64,000 bases of DNA from Eledone cirrhosa. Taxonomy: Eukaryota. Below are positions 12,633 to 26,680 of this stretch, one piece after another. The stretch covers positions 51,274,001-51,338,000 of the forward strand of contig OZ024747.1 in the NCBI GenBank assembly GCA_964016885.1. The letters are read 5' to 3'. Each line of letters starts with the position of its first letter. Position 1 is the stretch's first letter. Made by a program: the position numbers and the translations under genes. Below the pieces are notes generated by a model. That model saw nothing but the letters and a program-made list of their open reading frames with translations. It did not search any database and was not told the origin of the DNA.

Positions 12633-13039
12633 AAAGCAAAGAGTTATTTAATTTGTTGGTTAATCAACAAATTTATTCATAACAGATTCAAAGCACTCTA
12701 CAGAATTTTTTTTTTTTCCGGAGTAAAATGTCAATAGTATTAATAAATGGAATCTATCTTAATAAAACCCTATTTATTTTATTATATATACTTCAAGGGT
12801 ACCAAAATGTTGATACGCCCTCATCAGATAAAATACAAAAGTTGTATTATAGATAGTGACATCCTAAAACAAGAACTTATCGTTTTATAAGTTCTTGTTT
12901 TTGGATATGTCACTATCTATAAATCAACTTTTGTATTTTATCTGATGAGAGCGTACCAAAAGTGTTGGTACCCTTGAAGTATATATAATAAAATAAATAC
13001 GGTTTTATAAAGATAGTTTCCATTTATTAATATTATTGA
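12633..13039 (-). mobile_element. Long palindromic PLE pLTR (family E) with an HHR in each arm
   Basis: ~150-bp arms 12731-12880/12887-13039, loop cgtttt; reversed tail 12633-12730 containing aagcactc. Confidence 0.85.
12934..12995 (+). ncRNA. Type I hammerhead ribozyme, GAAG core variant (probably impaired)
   Basis: tattttat CTGATGA gagcgtacca..tggtaccctt GAAG tatata TA ataaaata; the mirror copy in the left arm also has GAAG. Confidence 0.75.
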
Positions 13040-13057
13040 TATATATATATATATATA

Positions 13058-13192
13058 AGGGTTTCGGGTTCAATCGGGGGTAACCACAGTAACTCAATAA
13101 ATATGTTTAATATAGAAATGGTTTCTACAGGACAAGAAATGTTTCAGAAACAGTTCTAGTCTCTTGTAGAAGCCATTTCTATATTGAACCAT
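13058..13192 (-). mobile_element. Palindromic PLE-like terminus (family C)
   Basis: Axis at gtttc-a-gaaac; arms aatatagaaatggtttctacagg / cttgtagaagccatttctatatt. Confidence 0.7.
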
Positions 13193-13220
13193 GATATATA
13201 TATATATGTATACATATTGG

Positions 13221-13280
<60 letters not shown>

Positions 13281-13286
13281 TGTGTG

Positions 13287-13372
<86 letters not shown>

Positions 13373-14399
13373 CGCGTGCGTGTGTGTGTGTCTATGTTTA
13401 GATTTGCGGCTGTGTTTATGTCCCGTGACGTAGTTGTTCTACAGAAAAGAAAGTGATTGATACAAATATATATCAAACCTGAAATCAATATGTGCTGGTC
13501 TCCTAAAATCGATTACATTGAAGCAATGCTCCAGCGTGGCCGAAGTCTAATGCCTGAAATATGCAAAAAATACAATAGTATATGTAGAAAATGAGATGTG
13601 TTTTGTTTCATTCTTTAACAACTAGGTGAGTGCTTAACCATATAATTAACGAGCCGGAGCGGAACTCTTATAAAGCGAAAACTGGTTTTGTTATTTTCTT
13701 ATTTTACCTCATATTTTGATATATCTTTGCTAAATTGGAAACATATTTTAATATATTAAAGCTGAGGGTTATGGATTGGCAGAATTAGTAAAGCCTCGGA
13801 TAAAAGAACAAGTAAATTCATCCTGCCAAGATTATCTTTATCTTAACAATGCTGTGAAAACAACTTTTAAATATATTTTCAAAAATGTAAACATCTTTTT
13901 TATATTTACAATAGTGACCAATACATGAAGATGGATTCTTCAGTGCTGAACCAAAAGCTAATATTGAATACAGAAAAATTGAGATATCGGATTCAATTAT
14001 GTGGTGGACAATCTATGGTCGATGTTCAACCTGAACATATGTAGATCAATATTTCTAGGAATTCTAGATAGCTTTCTTTCTAATCAGGACAAACTGTTTT
14101 TTACCAGTGGTACTAGTGAGACGTGGTCGGTGTCTTAAGATGAGACTGCGTTGAAACAGTCGATATAGACATACTTGAGTGATTAGAAAGTTCCTTTCGT
14201 AATCATGTGGCCTCGGGAGCGATCATATTGTATGACATCATGGGCAAGTGTCTTTATCATAGACTCGAGTCAATCCGATTCATGTAAGTGGAAATGGGTT
14301 AAATAGAGTGAAAATGCATGGAAAATATATGACTACTATGCTATTTACACATTAATTCAAGGAGTATGATGGGAGAAAAGAAACAGCGTCGCCGTGAAA

Positions 14400-15480
14400 T
14401 AGTAGAACTAGTGCATTGATGGGTGTGGTTTCCTCAGCCAGTTGAATAACCTTTTATTTTGGAGTGTAGAACTAGCACTCTCAAATATATTGAGGCATTA
14501 CTCTAGCGTGGGTCTTACGTCAGCTTTATTTCGAGACCAACCTTTGGGATGTAAATTATTATTCAAAAGAGCATCAGTAATTGTAAGGCTTAATATTCGT
14601 AGTGAAGTTTAAAGAGAAATGGTATGGTAGCATTTGTGTCGATATATATGTTAGAAAGTAGGTCATTAATGTATAGACAGAAGAGTGTGAGAGATATAAC
14701 AGGACCCTGAGGCACACCAGTGTGAATGGAATGTGTGTCAATGAGAATACCATCAGCACATGCTGCTATGGAGGTGTGTCACAAAAAGACGTTTCTCATG
14801 AAAGGGATGAAAAGCATATGAAGCCCATAGGCTAGGATGTACTCAAGTCAGTTAGTGTCAAAGGTGATGGTGATGTCAAGGACAACAGCATTTCATTCGT
14901 TAAAGTTTTCAAAGATAAGAAACTAATGTTGTGTAATATAGTAAAGCAAGTATCAAAATAGCTGGCCCTGGGGAACCCTTACTCATGGCGAATGGTGTAG
15001 GATAGGGACAGAAGCGGCTGAAGATGTTTGTTTAGGATTGGTTCAATCACCTTTGACATGATGAAATAAAAAAAAAATGGGAAGATGGTTGGCAGGGTCA
15101 ATAAACATATGTCTTTTTCTTGATGCTAGGGGAATACTATCTCGTGTTTTCATAGGTCAGAATAAAACCCCGCAGAAATAGAATACAGATTGAAGAGTTT
15201 GGTGAGTATCTGAGCTAGTTCTGAAAAGCAAAGTACCAACAAAATGGAAGGTATTGTTGGATTGGTTTAATCGGTAAAAATTTCGCAGTTGCTAACTGTG
15301 TATGCTTGGTAATTGGGTGGCTGGGCCTGGAAAGTATGTATAATTGGAGGTGGTGGGACTGGTGAAACGAAGAGTGAGATTTAGAGAAGATTTGTTGAGT
15401 TTGTGGAGTATACTAGTGGCTGGATGGTCATAAAACTGACTATCTTGGTGTTAATGAGCGAAGTAAAGAGATTGTCACGA
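14400..15480 (-). pseudogene. Degenerate CR1/L2/Jockey-group LINE reverse transcriptase
   Basis: Minus-strand motifs ELAQILTKLFNL, DPANHLPI, IMSKVIEPILNKHL, AVVLDITITFD, GVPQGPVIS, LYINDL, with stops and frameshifts. Confidence 0.75.
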
Positions 15481-15829
15481 AGGTTGGAATGGTTTCGTTG
15501 CTGATATTGTTGTCCCAGTTTTTTAGTGGTAGAGTAATATTAAAGATAGTGATGTTAGTGGGTTTGGTGAAGATAATGGATGGGGTAATGGTGATGGTTG
15601 TGGTGGAAGTGATGGGGAGAACGGTATAATGATTGTGGTGGCGGTGTTTCGTTATGGTGGTAGCGGTGTTTCGTTATGGTGGTAGCGCTACTGAAGGTGT
15701 CGTTAGAGATGATGGTAGTGATGGTGTGAATGGCGTGGGTTATAATAAGGGTGGGAGTTGTGAAGGTGAGAGAGAAGGATAATAATAGAAATAGATGGTA
15801 GTGTTGTGGTTAGGGTTAGGTGGGAGAAG

Positions 15830-18150
15830 TAGATGAAAATGTGGTTGTGGCTGTTTGATGGTGATGGTGGTATTGGTTGTGTGGTGGTGGTGTGTGATGG
15901 TGATGATGGTTGTGGTTGTGTGGTGGTGGTGTGTGATGGTGATGGTGGTATTGGTTGTGTGGTGGTGGTGTGTGATGGTGATGGTGGTATTGGTTGTGTG
16001 GTTGTGGCTGTTTGATAGTGATGGTGGTAGTGGTTGTGTGGTGGTGGTGGTGGTATTAGTTGTGTGGTAGTGGTGTGTGATGGTGATGGTGGTATTAGTT
16101 GTGTGGTGGGGGTGTGTGATGGTGGTAGTGGTTGTATGGTTGTGGCTGTTTGATGGTGATGGTGGTAGTGGTTGTGTGGTGGTGGTGGTGTGTCATGGTG
16201 ATGGTGGTAGTGGTTGTGTAGTGGTTGTGGCTGTTTAATGGTGATGGTGGTAGTGGTTGTGTGGTGGTGGTGGTGTGTGATGGTGATGTTGGTAGTGGTT
16301 GTGTGGTGGTGGCGTTTGATGGTGATGGTGGTTGTGGTTGTGTGGTGGTGGTGTGTGATGGTGATGGTGGTAGTGGTTGTGTGGTTGTGGTGTGTGATGG
16401 TGATGGTGGTAGTGGTTGTGTGGTGGTGTTGGTGTGTGATGGTGATGGTGGTAGTGGTTGTGTGGTGGTGGTGGTGTGTGATGGTGATGGTGGTAGTGGT
16501 TGTGTGGTGGTGGTGGTGTGTGATGGTGATGGTGGTAGTGGTTGTGTGGTGGTGGTGTGTGATGGTGATGGTGGTAGTGGTTGTGTGGTGGTGGTGGTGG
16601 TGGTGTGTGATGGTGATGGTGGTATTGGTTGTGTGGTGGTGATGTGTGATGGTGATGGTGGTAGTGGTTGTGTGGTGGTGTGTGATGGTGGTATTGGTTG
16701 TGTGGTGGTGGTGGTGTGTGATGGTGTTGGTGGTTGTGGTTGTGTGGTGGTGGTGTGTGATGGTGATGGTGGTAGTGGTTGTGTGGTGGTGGTGTGTGAT
16801 GCTGATGGTGGTAGTGGTTGTGTGGTGGTGGTGTGTGATGGTGATGGTGGTAGTGGTTGTGTGGTTGTGTGGTTGTGGTGTGTGATGGTGATGGTGGTAT
16901 TGGTTGTGTGGTGGTGGTGTGTGATGGTGATGGTGGTAGTGGTTGTGTGGTGGTGGTGGTGTGATGGTGATGGTGGTATTAGTTGTGTGGTGGTGTGTGA
17001 TGGTGATGGTGGTAGTGGTTGTGTGGTGGTGGTGTGTGATGTTGATGGTGGTAGTGGTTGTGTGGTGGTGGTGGTGTGATGGTGATGGTGGTATTGGTTG
17101 TGTGGTGGTGGTGGTGTGATGGTGATGGTGGTATTAGTTGTGTGGTGGTGTGTGATGGTGATGGTGGTAGTGGTTGTGTGGTGGTGGTGTGTGATGGTGA
17201 TGGTGGTATTGGTTGTGTGGTGGTGGTGTGTGATGTTGATGGTGGTAGTGGTTGTGTGGTGGTGGTGGTGTGATGGTGATGGTGGTATTAGTTGTGTGGT
17301 GGTGTGTGATGCTGATGGTGGTAGTGGTTGTGTGGTGGTGGTGTGTGATGGTGATGGTGGTATTGGTTGTGTGGTGGTGGTGGTTTGTGATGGTGATGGT
17401 GGTAGTGGTTGTGTGGTGGTGGTGGTGTGATGGTGATGGTGGTATTAGTTGTGTGGTGGTGTGTGATGCTGATGGTGGTAGTGGTTGTGTGGTGGTGGTG
17501 TGTGATGGTGATGGTGGTATTGGTTGTGTGGTGGTGGTGGTTTGTGATGGTGATGGTGGTAGTGGTTGTGTGGTGGTGATGGTGGTAGTAGTTGTGTGGT
17601 GGTAATGGTGGTAACTTTTGTGTGATGGCGATGGTGGTTATGGTTGTGTGGTGGTGATGTCGTTAGTGATGATGGTAGTGGTGATGGTGGTAGTGGTTGT
17701 GTGGTGGTGATGGTGGTAGTGGTTGTATGGTGGTGATAGTGGTAGTGGTTGTGTGGTGGTGATGATGGTAGTGGTAGTGGTTGGGTGGTGGTGATGGTGG
17801 TAATGGTTGTGTGGTGGTAGTGGTGGTAGTGCTGGTGTGGTGGTGATGGTAGTAGTGGTGTTGTGGTGGTGGTGTGTGATGGTGATGGTGGTAGTGGTGG
17901 TGTGGTGGTGATGGTAGTAGTGGTGTTGTGGTGGTATTGGTAGCAGTGGTTGTCTGATAGTGGTGGTGGTAGTGGCTGTGTGATGGTGGTGATTGTGGTG
18001 GTGGTAGTTCTGAAGGTGATGGGTGTGGCTCTAGTTGTGTGATGGTGATGATGATGGTAGTAGTGGTAGCCCTGATGATGGCGGTGTTTGTAACCGCCTG
18101 ATGGTTATGGTGATGGTATTAGTGGCTGGGTGATGGCGTTGGTGATGGTG
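15830..18150. repeat. G/T-rich minisatellite (~36-42 bp unit gatggtgatggtggtagtggttgtgtggtggtggtgtgt) grading into (GGT)n
   Basis: Dozens of tandem units; the CDGDGG ORFs are artefacts. Confidence 0.95.
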
Positions 18151-18561
18151 ATGATTGTTATATTTGTATTGGTGTAATGGGTGTTTGTATGTTAACACAA
18201 ACAAGGAATAATATTTAAAATCGACTTACAAGATAGTACTACTAAACACACCCCTACACCATCACCCCTTAATAATCCACACGTACACACACATACACAC
18301 AAACATATACCCCCCACACACACTCACACACAGTTATCCAAAATATACTCTTCTTTACTGGAGGTCACTTTCGTGTCAATGATTATCTAAATCACTCCAA
18401 GACAGTAGACCAAATTCACAAGAGATGCTTATTGGAGTGTTTGTAAGAGATCTTGGCATGCGGAGAGAGGAATAATAGAGAAAGTCCGCCGTTTCCAGTT
18501 CATAAGATATATACAGAGAGAAAGAAAGAAAGAGAGAAATGTATGCATATATATATATATA

Positions 18562-18619
<58 letters not shown>

Positions 18620-18676
18620 TGTCTGTATGTGTGTGTGTGTGTATTAGAGCGTAAGATAAATAGATACACACACACG

Positions 18677-18767
<91 letters not shown>

Positions 18768-18793
18768 ATATGCATAAATTTATCTCTTTCTGT

Positions 18794-18905
<112 letters not shown>

Positions 18906-19171
18906 TTAAACTGATGAGGGGAGAGAGAATGAGGCTGAAAATATTAGGAGAGAGGGGGGAAATTTAAGCAGATGGATTGCTAAAAAGGCAGAAAGACGGA
19001 TTGTGGTAGTGTTTGTGATGAGAGATAAAATATATGAGAGCAATTGAGAGGAAGAGATGTTTAACTAAAGCGACAATGTGAGGGAGAAAAGAATACAATT
19101 TCATTTCTATTTGTAAAAACTTACTGAACACACAAGCCGCAACCGCTTGGCGCCGCACTCGGGATTTTACA

Positions 19172-19245
<74 letters not shown>

Positions 19246-20129
19246 CTTCTCTCTCTCACTCTCTATCTCTTTATATATATAAATAAATATATATATGTGT
19301 GTGTGTGTGCAAGTGTGGGTGTGTAAGTTTATTTTTATTTCCATCGCTTTTAATTTCATGCGTTGGGTAAAAAAGTGTAAATTAGTTTTTTGACAAATGA
19401 AGACAAATAAATTAAATTTCAGATTGATATAAATAGAGGAGCCGATATAATCGATGAAACTCTAGCACATCCGCAACTCAATGACCGAAACCAATGAAAG
19501 AATAAAAGTTTAACAAAATTCATATTAGGTTAATAATTTCTTCAAAAGGCAAAACTGGAGAAACGCCTTTTCTAATCTGTCCTCTGGGGTCGCGGAACAG
19601 TTAACGCGTGGGTCCCCATTAGCTTATAATAGTGAGAGGTGGGGAAAGCGAGAGAAACAGAGGCAGTGAAGATAATCCTGATTCATATTATTATCAACAT
19701 AAAATCAAGTGTTGATATTGAGGTGAATTCTAAATATTTCCTGTATCATACGCCAAAGCACGCGGATAAGATATATTTTCTGTCATTAGTATAAGTAAAG
19801 TTGAACTGAGCTTTCGGCCTCCGGTGTGACCATCTTTAGAGATGAGGTACAAAATTGTTGTGTTAGTGAACAAGTAATTTCAAAATATAGAAATGAGTCC
19901 AGTGATACAGTGGTTTTAAATAATTTAGGTTCGTAGATTAAGTTGAATTAACAAACCAAAGACTGAAAAAAAAGGAATGTTAATATTATATTATAAGACC
20001 TGAATATAACTACAACAGATGAAGAAAGGAAAAGGTTTTCATTTAATCTAATTATTTTTTAAATTATTAATTTATTTGTAAGATTTATTTATTGTGATTA
20101 TATGTGTGGGTGGGTGTGAATGTATGTGT

Positions 20130-20288
20130 CTAAACAAACACACACATATATATGCATACATATATGCATGCATACATTCATACATACATATATGCCTACA
20201 TTCGTACATATACACATACATATATGCATACATTCATATATGCAGAGATACATACCGACGTAAATATATATATGCGTACATATATATA

Positions 20289-20323
<35 letters not shown>

Positions 20324-20575
20324 ATACATACATACATACATACTTACATACATACATATATGAATACATACATACATGCTTACATGCATACATACATATA
20401 TGCATATGCATACATACATAAATACATGCATACATGCATATATGCATACATACATATATGCATATATACATACATACATATATACATATATACATACTTC
20501 TATACATATATATACATACTTACATATATACATATATACATACATACATTTACGTATTTATATATATATATTTTA
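20130..20575. repeat. (TACA)n/(TA)n low-complexity repeat
   Basis: Direct inspection. Confidence 0.9.
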
Positions 20576-21254
20576 ATTAATCTGGTTATTTCTGCAGTTT
20601 GCTGGAATTGATTTTTTCAAAAAATTAATTTTTCTCTATATTATTATTTATTATTATCCCGAATAATGTTTTGTTTCGGGTTGGTTGTTTTTATTTTGTT
20701 ATTTTCTACATGGATGTTTAAATGCTTTTATTGAATATTGCTAATGTCTTATCGTTGCTGATTAATTAAATTTGCTTATTTCTATAGCTTATTAAAATTT
20801 TGATATACTTTATATTTATTGGGTATATTGTTGTTTTTTGTACATATATGATGTGTAAATGGATTTATTGAATAAAGCTATAGAGTTTTAGCAGAAGTAA
20901 TTATTAGTTTATTGGAGCTAAGCATTTGTGTAGAAATTAGCAAGGATTTGGTTATGTGTTATATTCCTGTCTCTCTTTAGCGTTAATTTTAATGTTTGTT
21001 CCAGTATTTGGACCAAAATATTGGTTGTCTACTTTTTAATTTTCTTTCATTTTGTTTTGTGGAAGTCTTGTGGCAATAAAAGAAAAATAACGCATGCGAT
21101 ATTTGGCTAGAGTTCTGTCTTGTTTAGCACTAACATAGTCAGACATGTTGAAGCAGGGTCATGAATGTGTAGACAGTATATTTATCTATCTTCCATTTTG
21201 CTTTCTTTCTTTCTATAGAATTATCTATCTATGTATCTATTGTTTTTAATTTTT

Positions 21255-21345
21255 ACACGACTGTATGTGAAATCCCCGGCATGTCTTTGTATTGTCCCCT
21301 TTCTTGTTGCGCCCTTGTGGCCAATAAAGAAATCTATCTATGTAT
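21255..21345 (+). mobile_element. Tx1-like LINE 3' remnant ending in (TATC)
   Basis: tccccggcatgtctttgtattgtcccctttcttgttgcgcccttgtggccaataaagaaatctatcta. Confidence 0.75.
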
Positions 21346-21944
21346 CTATCTTTCTAACTTTCTATCTCTCTGTATGTCTGTCTATCGGATTTGTTGTCTG
21401 TTTGTCTGTCAGTCTGTCTGACAGTATGTATATATTTGTGTTATGTAATTGTGTGTATAAATTAATTCGACTTTAATACATTTCTGGGTTTTTATCTCAG
21501 ATGTTATTTTAAAACAAATTTATCTGCGGCTGTACAAATGGTCACACCCGTGATGACTTAAGGATTTCAGGGCAATTTTAGGGCTTGTCTGAGAATTCTG
21601 TCCCCTAGGGTCCTCACAAGAAGAAGAAGAAGAAGAAGACATTTTGTTCACGATTTTTTCATAAGTAGCCATGAATTTTAGAATAAAACCAGGAGGAAAA
21701 GATAATGAAAAAAATCAGTATGATGAAAGTCTAGAAGAGTATATAGAATCTGCGTGAATTTATTGTAACTCTATGGGGCAGTCCGGTCTATTTTTTAAAC
21801 ATTATGTTGTAACAAAACATCTGATACCAGAAACCTTAAAGAGACGGAAATATGGATGATGTGAGGTTCAGTCGTCTTCCTATCACTATTAATTAACAAG
21901 GAATATTTATTTAATAATAATATCACATAGAATAGAATATTATG

Positions 21945-22015
<71 letters not shown>

Positions 22016-22053
22016 CACACACATATATATATATATACATACACATGTACATA

Positions 22054-22093
<40 letters not shown>

Positions 22094-22498
22094 GGAAAAA
22101 TTCAGAAAGACAATTAAAACAAAATCTATAGAAAAGGTTCAGTGTGCTCCCGCCGTTAAATACCCGGATGTGATAAAGGCTAAATGAAGGGGTAAAATGA
22201 AAAAAAATATGTAAAGGACAAAGGCGGGTTGAAATAAAAAGGAAAATAATGCTGCTACATTTCTATTCAATCACATCTCAGTGTGTCTATACGTCCATTT
22301 CCTGGTCAGAAAATACTTTAATGTCACTTCCTTAACTTAAACCTTCCACGCCCTCCTTCCACAATTACCTCCCCTTCCTTCAACTCAGCCAACTGACTTA
22401 CTTCTCACACATTTCATTGTCTCTTCAATTCTTTCTCTCTTTCTCTCTTAATCTCCCTCAACTATATATATATATTATATATATATATATTATATATA

Positions 22499-22592
<94 letters not shown>

Positions 22593-22655
22593 TTCTATCT
22601 ATACCTATTTATCTATCTATCTTTCAAATATATCTATCTAACTATCTAGTTCTTT

Positions 22656-22709
<54 letters not shown>

Positions 22710-23048
22710 ATCTCTCTCTCTCACTTTATCTCTCTCTCTCTCCGTCCCTCTCTCCATATATATATATATATATATTTATGGGTGTGTGTGTGTATGTGTG
22801 TGTAAATAAATATGTGCTTGTATATGTATATATATATATACATTCATATATGTATATATGTGCTCACACACTCATATATATATATACATCTAAATGAATA
22901 GATATGCATATACATGCATACATGCGTATATATATGCACATACGCTACATATATATGTATATTTGAATTCTAGCCATGTTATATTGAGATGTAAGTAAAT
23001 GTAAAATATAAATAAAGCCACATTCGATCGCAGCACTGTTAGTTGCTA

Positions 23049-23099
<51 letters not shown>

Positions 23100-23191
23100 T
23101 GTGTGTAGATATGCTTATGTGCGTGCGTGTGTGTGTATATATATATGAATATGTATATTATTATTGTTGTTGTCGTTATTATTATTATTGC

Positions 23192-23224
<33 letters not shown>

Positions 23225-23347
23225 ATGTGTGTATATGTGTGTGTATGTGTATGTATGTGTGTGTGTATATATGTATGTATGTATATGTATATATATATAT
23301 ATATTTCTTTTCCTTTTTTTTTTCTTTTCCTTTTTTTTTTTTTTTAA

Positions 23348-23382
<35 letters not shown>

Positions 23383-23462
23383 TTTTTTTTTTTTATTTTT
23401 TTTTTTCTTGTGCAATGGCCATACTCGATAACGAGGGGGCAGCCATCATATATGTATATGTA

Positions 23463-23546
<84 letters not shown>

Positions 23547-23744
23547 TATACATATATATATGTGTGTATGTGTGTGTATACGTATGTGAGTACGTGCGTG
23601 TGTGTGTGTGCGCGCGCTTATCTGTGAAGCTATCTATCTAATTTCAGATGATATCCTACCTGATGTCTCTAATGTCATCTATTATCACACACCCACACTC
23701 ACCCACACACACATCTAGGATATACATGTGTGTCTGTGTACGTG

Positions 23745-24400
<656 letters not shown>

Positions 24401-24892
24401 GGTGTGCTATGTAATATGTACAATGTACTTCTCAACACATAGATCTTTTCAATTTAATTTATTTTATTAAAGTCCAGATTAATAACCTACTTTCTTCCTT
24501 TCCACAGGACACACCCTCTTCCCCTCTCTTTCCATTCCTTCCTCCTATTTTCTTTCTCTTCATCCCCCTCCTCATTATTTTCATCATCTCCTCACCTTTT
24601 TTTATCCTCCTACTCCTCACTCCCACTAACATCTTATTACATTTCATTCATATCCGGTCCTTTTACTTTCCGTGTCCCCTGAACACAAAACACTCTCTTC
24701 CTGTCATTTTTATCCGCTGAACCTTTCACTCCATTCGCTGGCTGTATGAGTTGTCTTTCCTTTTTCTCCCACACATTCTACTTCGCTTCTGTATTCATTG
24801 TAACAACACATCATAGTTTAGCCATATACGTTTGTTCACTGTGCATTCATGTGCCTATCTATTTTCCTGTTTCTAACCCATCTCCTCACCCC

Positions 24893-24983
<91 letters not shown>

Positions 24984-25509
24984 CATTGCCTGATTCTCTC
25001 TCTAACTCTCTCTATATGTATCTATATCTTTCTCTCCCAATACATATATATATATATATATGTGTGTGTGTGCGTGTGTGCGTGTGTGTTTGTGTTTGTG
25101 TGTGTATGTATTTGTGTATGCGTGTGTATGAATTGTATTATACATATGGTTGCAACTGAATGTAATATGAAACACGCTTTGTTGGTCTCACTAAAATATT
25201 TAATTTATACTGTCAAATGAACACCTTAATGTAAATGTATGAATATAGATCAGTCCTTGTTGTGTTTATGTGTAATGAACGTAATATCAGGATATTTCCT
25301 CATCAGACAAGAAGAAATAAATGAAGGCTTTAAAAAGGGCCCAAACAATCTGACCCATGTAAGATCCTGATGATGGGAAGTCCCCTGATTTAACCACATG
25401 GCATATTTTTACAGCAAGGTTATGTATATGTCTGTGTTTACGACACGTGACCTACCGTTTCAACAAAAATAAGAAATATCTGAATATTTGTGTCGATTAG
25501 ATCAACTAA

Positions 25510-25880
25510 ACTAAGTTGCCACATGTCCACAGATCAATAACTAAGTTGCCACATATCCACAGATCAATAACTAAGTCGCCACATGGTCACAGATCAATAA
25601 CTAAGTCGCCACATGTCCATAGATCAATAACTAAGTCACCACATGGTCACAGATTAATAACTAAGTCGCCACATGTCCACAGATCAATAACTAAGTCGCC
25701 ACATGTCCAGAGATCAATGATTAAGTCGCCACATGTCCAGATGTCAATGAATAAGTCACCACATGTTCACGGTTCAATGACTTAGCCATCACATGTTCAC
25801 GGTTCAATGACTACGAATGAACCTATGCCCTACATGTCCACAGGTCAATATCTACAACTAAACTAAGTCATCACATGCAG
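25510..25880. repeat. 30-bp minisatellite
   Basis: Unit actaagtcgccacatgtccacagatcaata, ~10 copies, decaying at the 3' end. Confidence 0.95.
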
Positions 25881-26160
25881 GGTTGGATTTAGACCATGGG
25901 GTCCGGCCCACTTCCGGTTTGGGAGGCCTTGGGATATCATACGCACACAAAAAACATTGCATATCAAAGGTAGCTTGGTACAAGTAATTGGAATTGAAAA
26001 GTTATATATACAGGTATTAAATTCACTAATTCTAACCACCCTAAAACTAAAGAGCCCAGCTGAGGGCACAAATACATTTCTACGGCCGTCGTTGGAGGGG
26101 GCCCTCCACTGCAGGATTCCAGGCCAATTGTCCCCTTTAGCCTTTATTAAATCAACATCT
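25878..26160. mobile_element. Degenerate hAT-like MITE
   Basis: Ends cagggttggattta ... taaatcaacatct resemble CAGGGCCGGATTTA-type TIRs; ggggccc-rich subterminal motifs. Confidence 0.4.
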
Positions 26161-26264
26161 CCACAGTTCAATGATTATAATTAGTAAAAACAAAAGATTA
26201 GTATAATTGTTTCTACTTATAAGGCATACGAGCAGCAATTTGAAGGTGAGGCGAATGGTGATTA

Positions 26265-26680
26265 AATTGTGGTGGTGGTGGTGATGCTGGTGGTAGTGAT
26301 GGCGGTGATGGTGATAGTGGTGGTGGTGGTGGTGATGGTGGTGGTGATGTTGGTGGTGGTGGTAGTGCTGGTGGTGATGGTGGTGGTGGTGATGCTGGTG
26401 GTGGTGGTGGTGGTGATAGTGGTGGTGGTTGTGGTGGTGTTAGTTGTCGTGACGGTGGTGGTACCTGTTGTTGTGGTGGTGGTGGTGGTGGTGGTGGCGG
26501 TGGCGTCGTTGGTGGTGGCAGTGCTTGCGGTGGTGGAGGTGTTGGTGGTGTTGGTGTTGCGGGCCATGATAGTAGTGGCGGAGGTAACAGTGTTCTTGGT
26601 GGTGGTGGTGGTGGTGGTGGTGTTGGTGGCGTTGGTGGTGGTGGTGGTGTCGGTTGTGGTGGTGTTGATGGTGTGAGGGT
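26265..26680. repeat. (GGT)n low-complexity repeat
   Basis: Direct inspection. Confidence 0.9.

Noticed and set aside
16225-17079. CDGDGGSGCVVVV repeat protein
   Set aside because: Minisatellite with frequent frame-breaking unit variants.
25295-25400. CTGATGA motifs
   Set aside because: No correctly spaced GAAA..UH or stems.
25510-25880. CRISPR-like array
   Set aside because: Tandem units without unique spacers, in a eukaryotic context.
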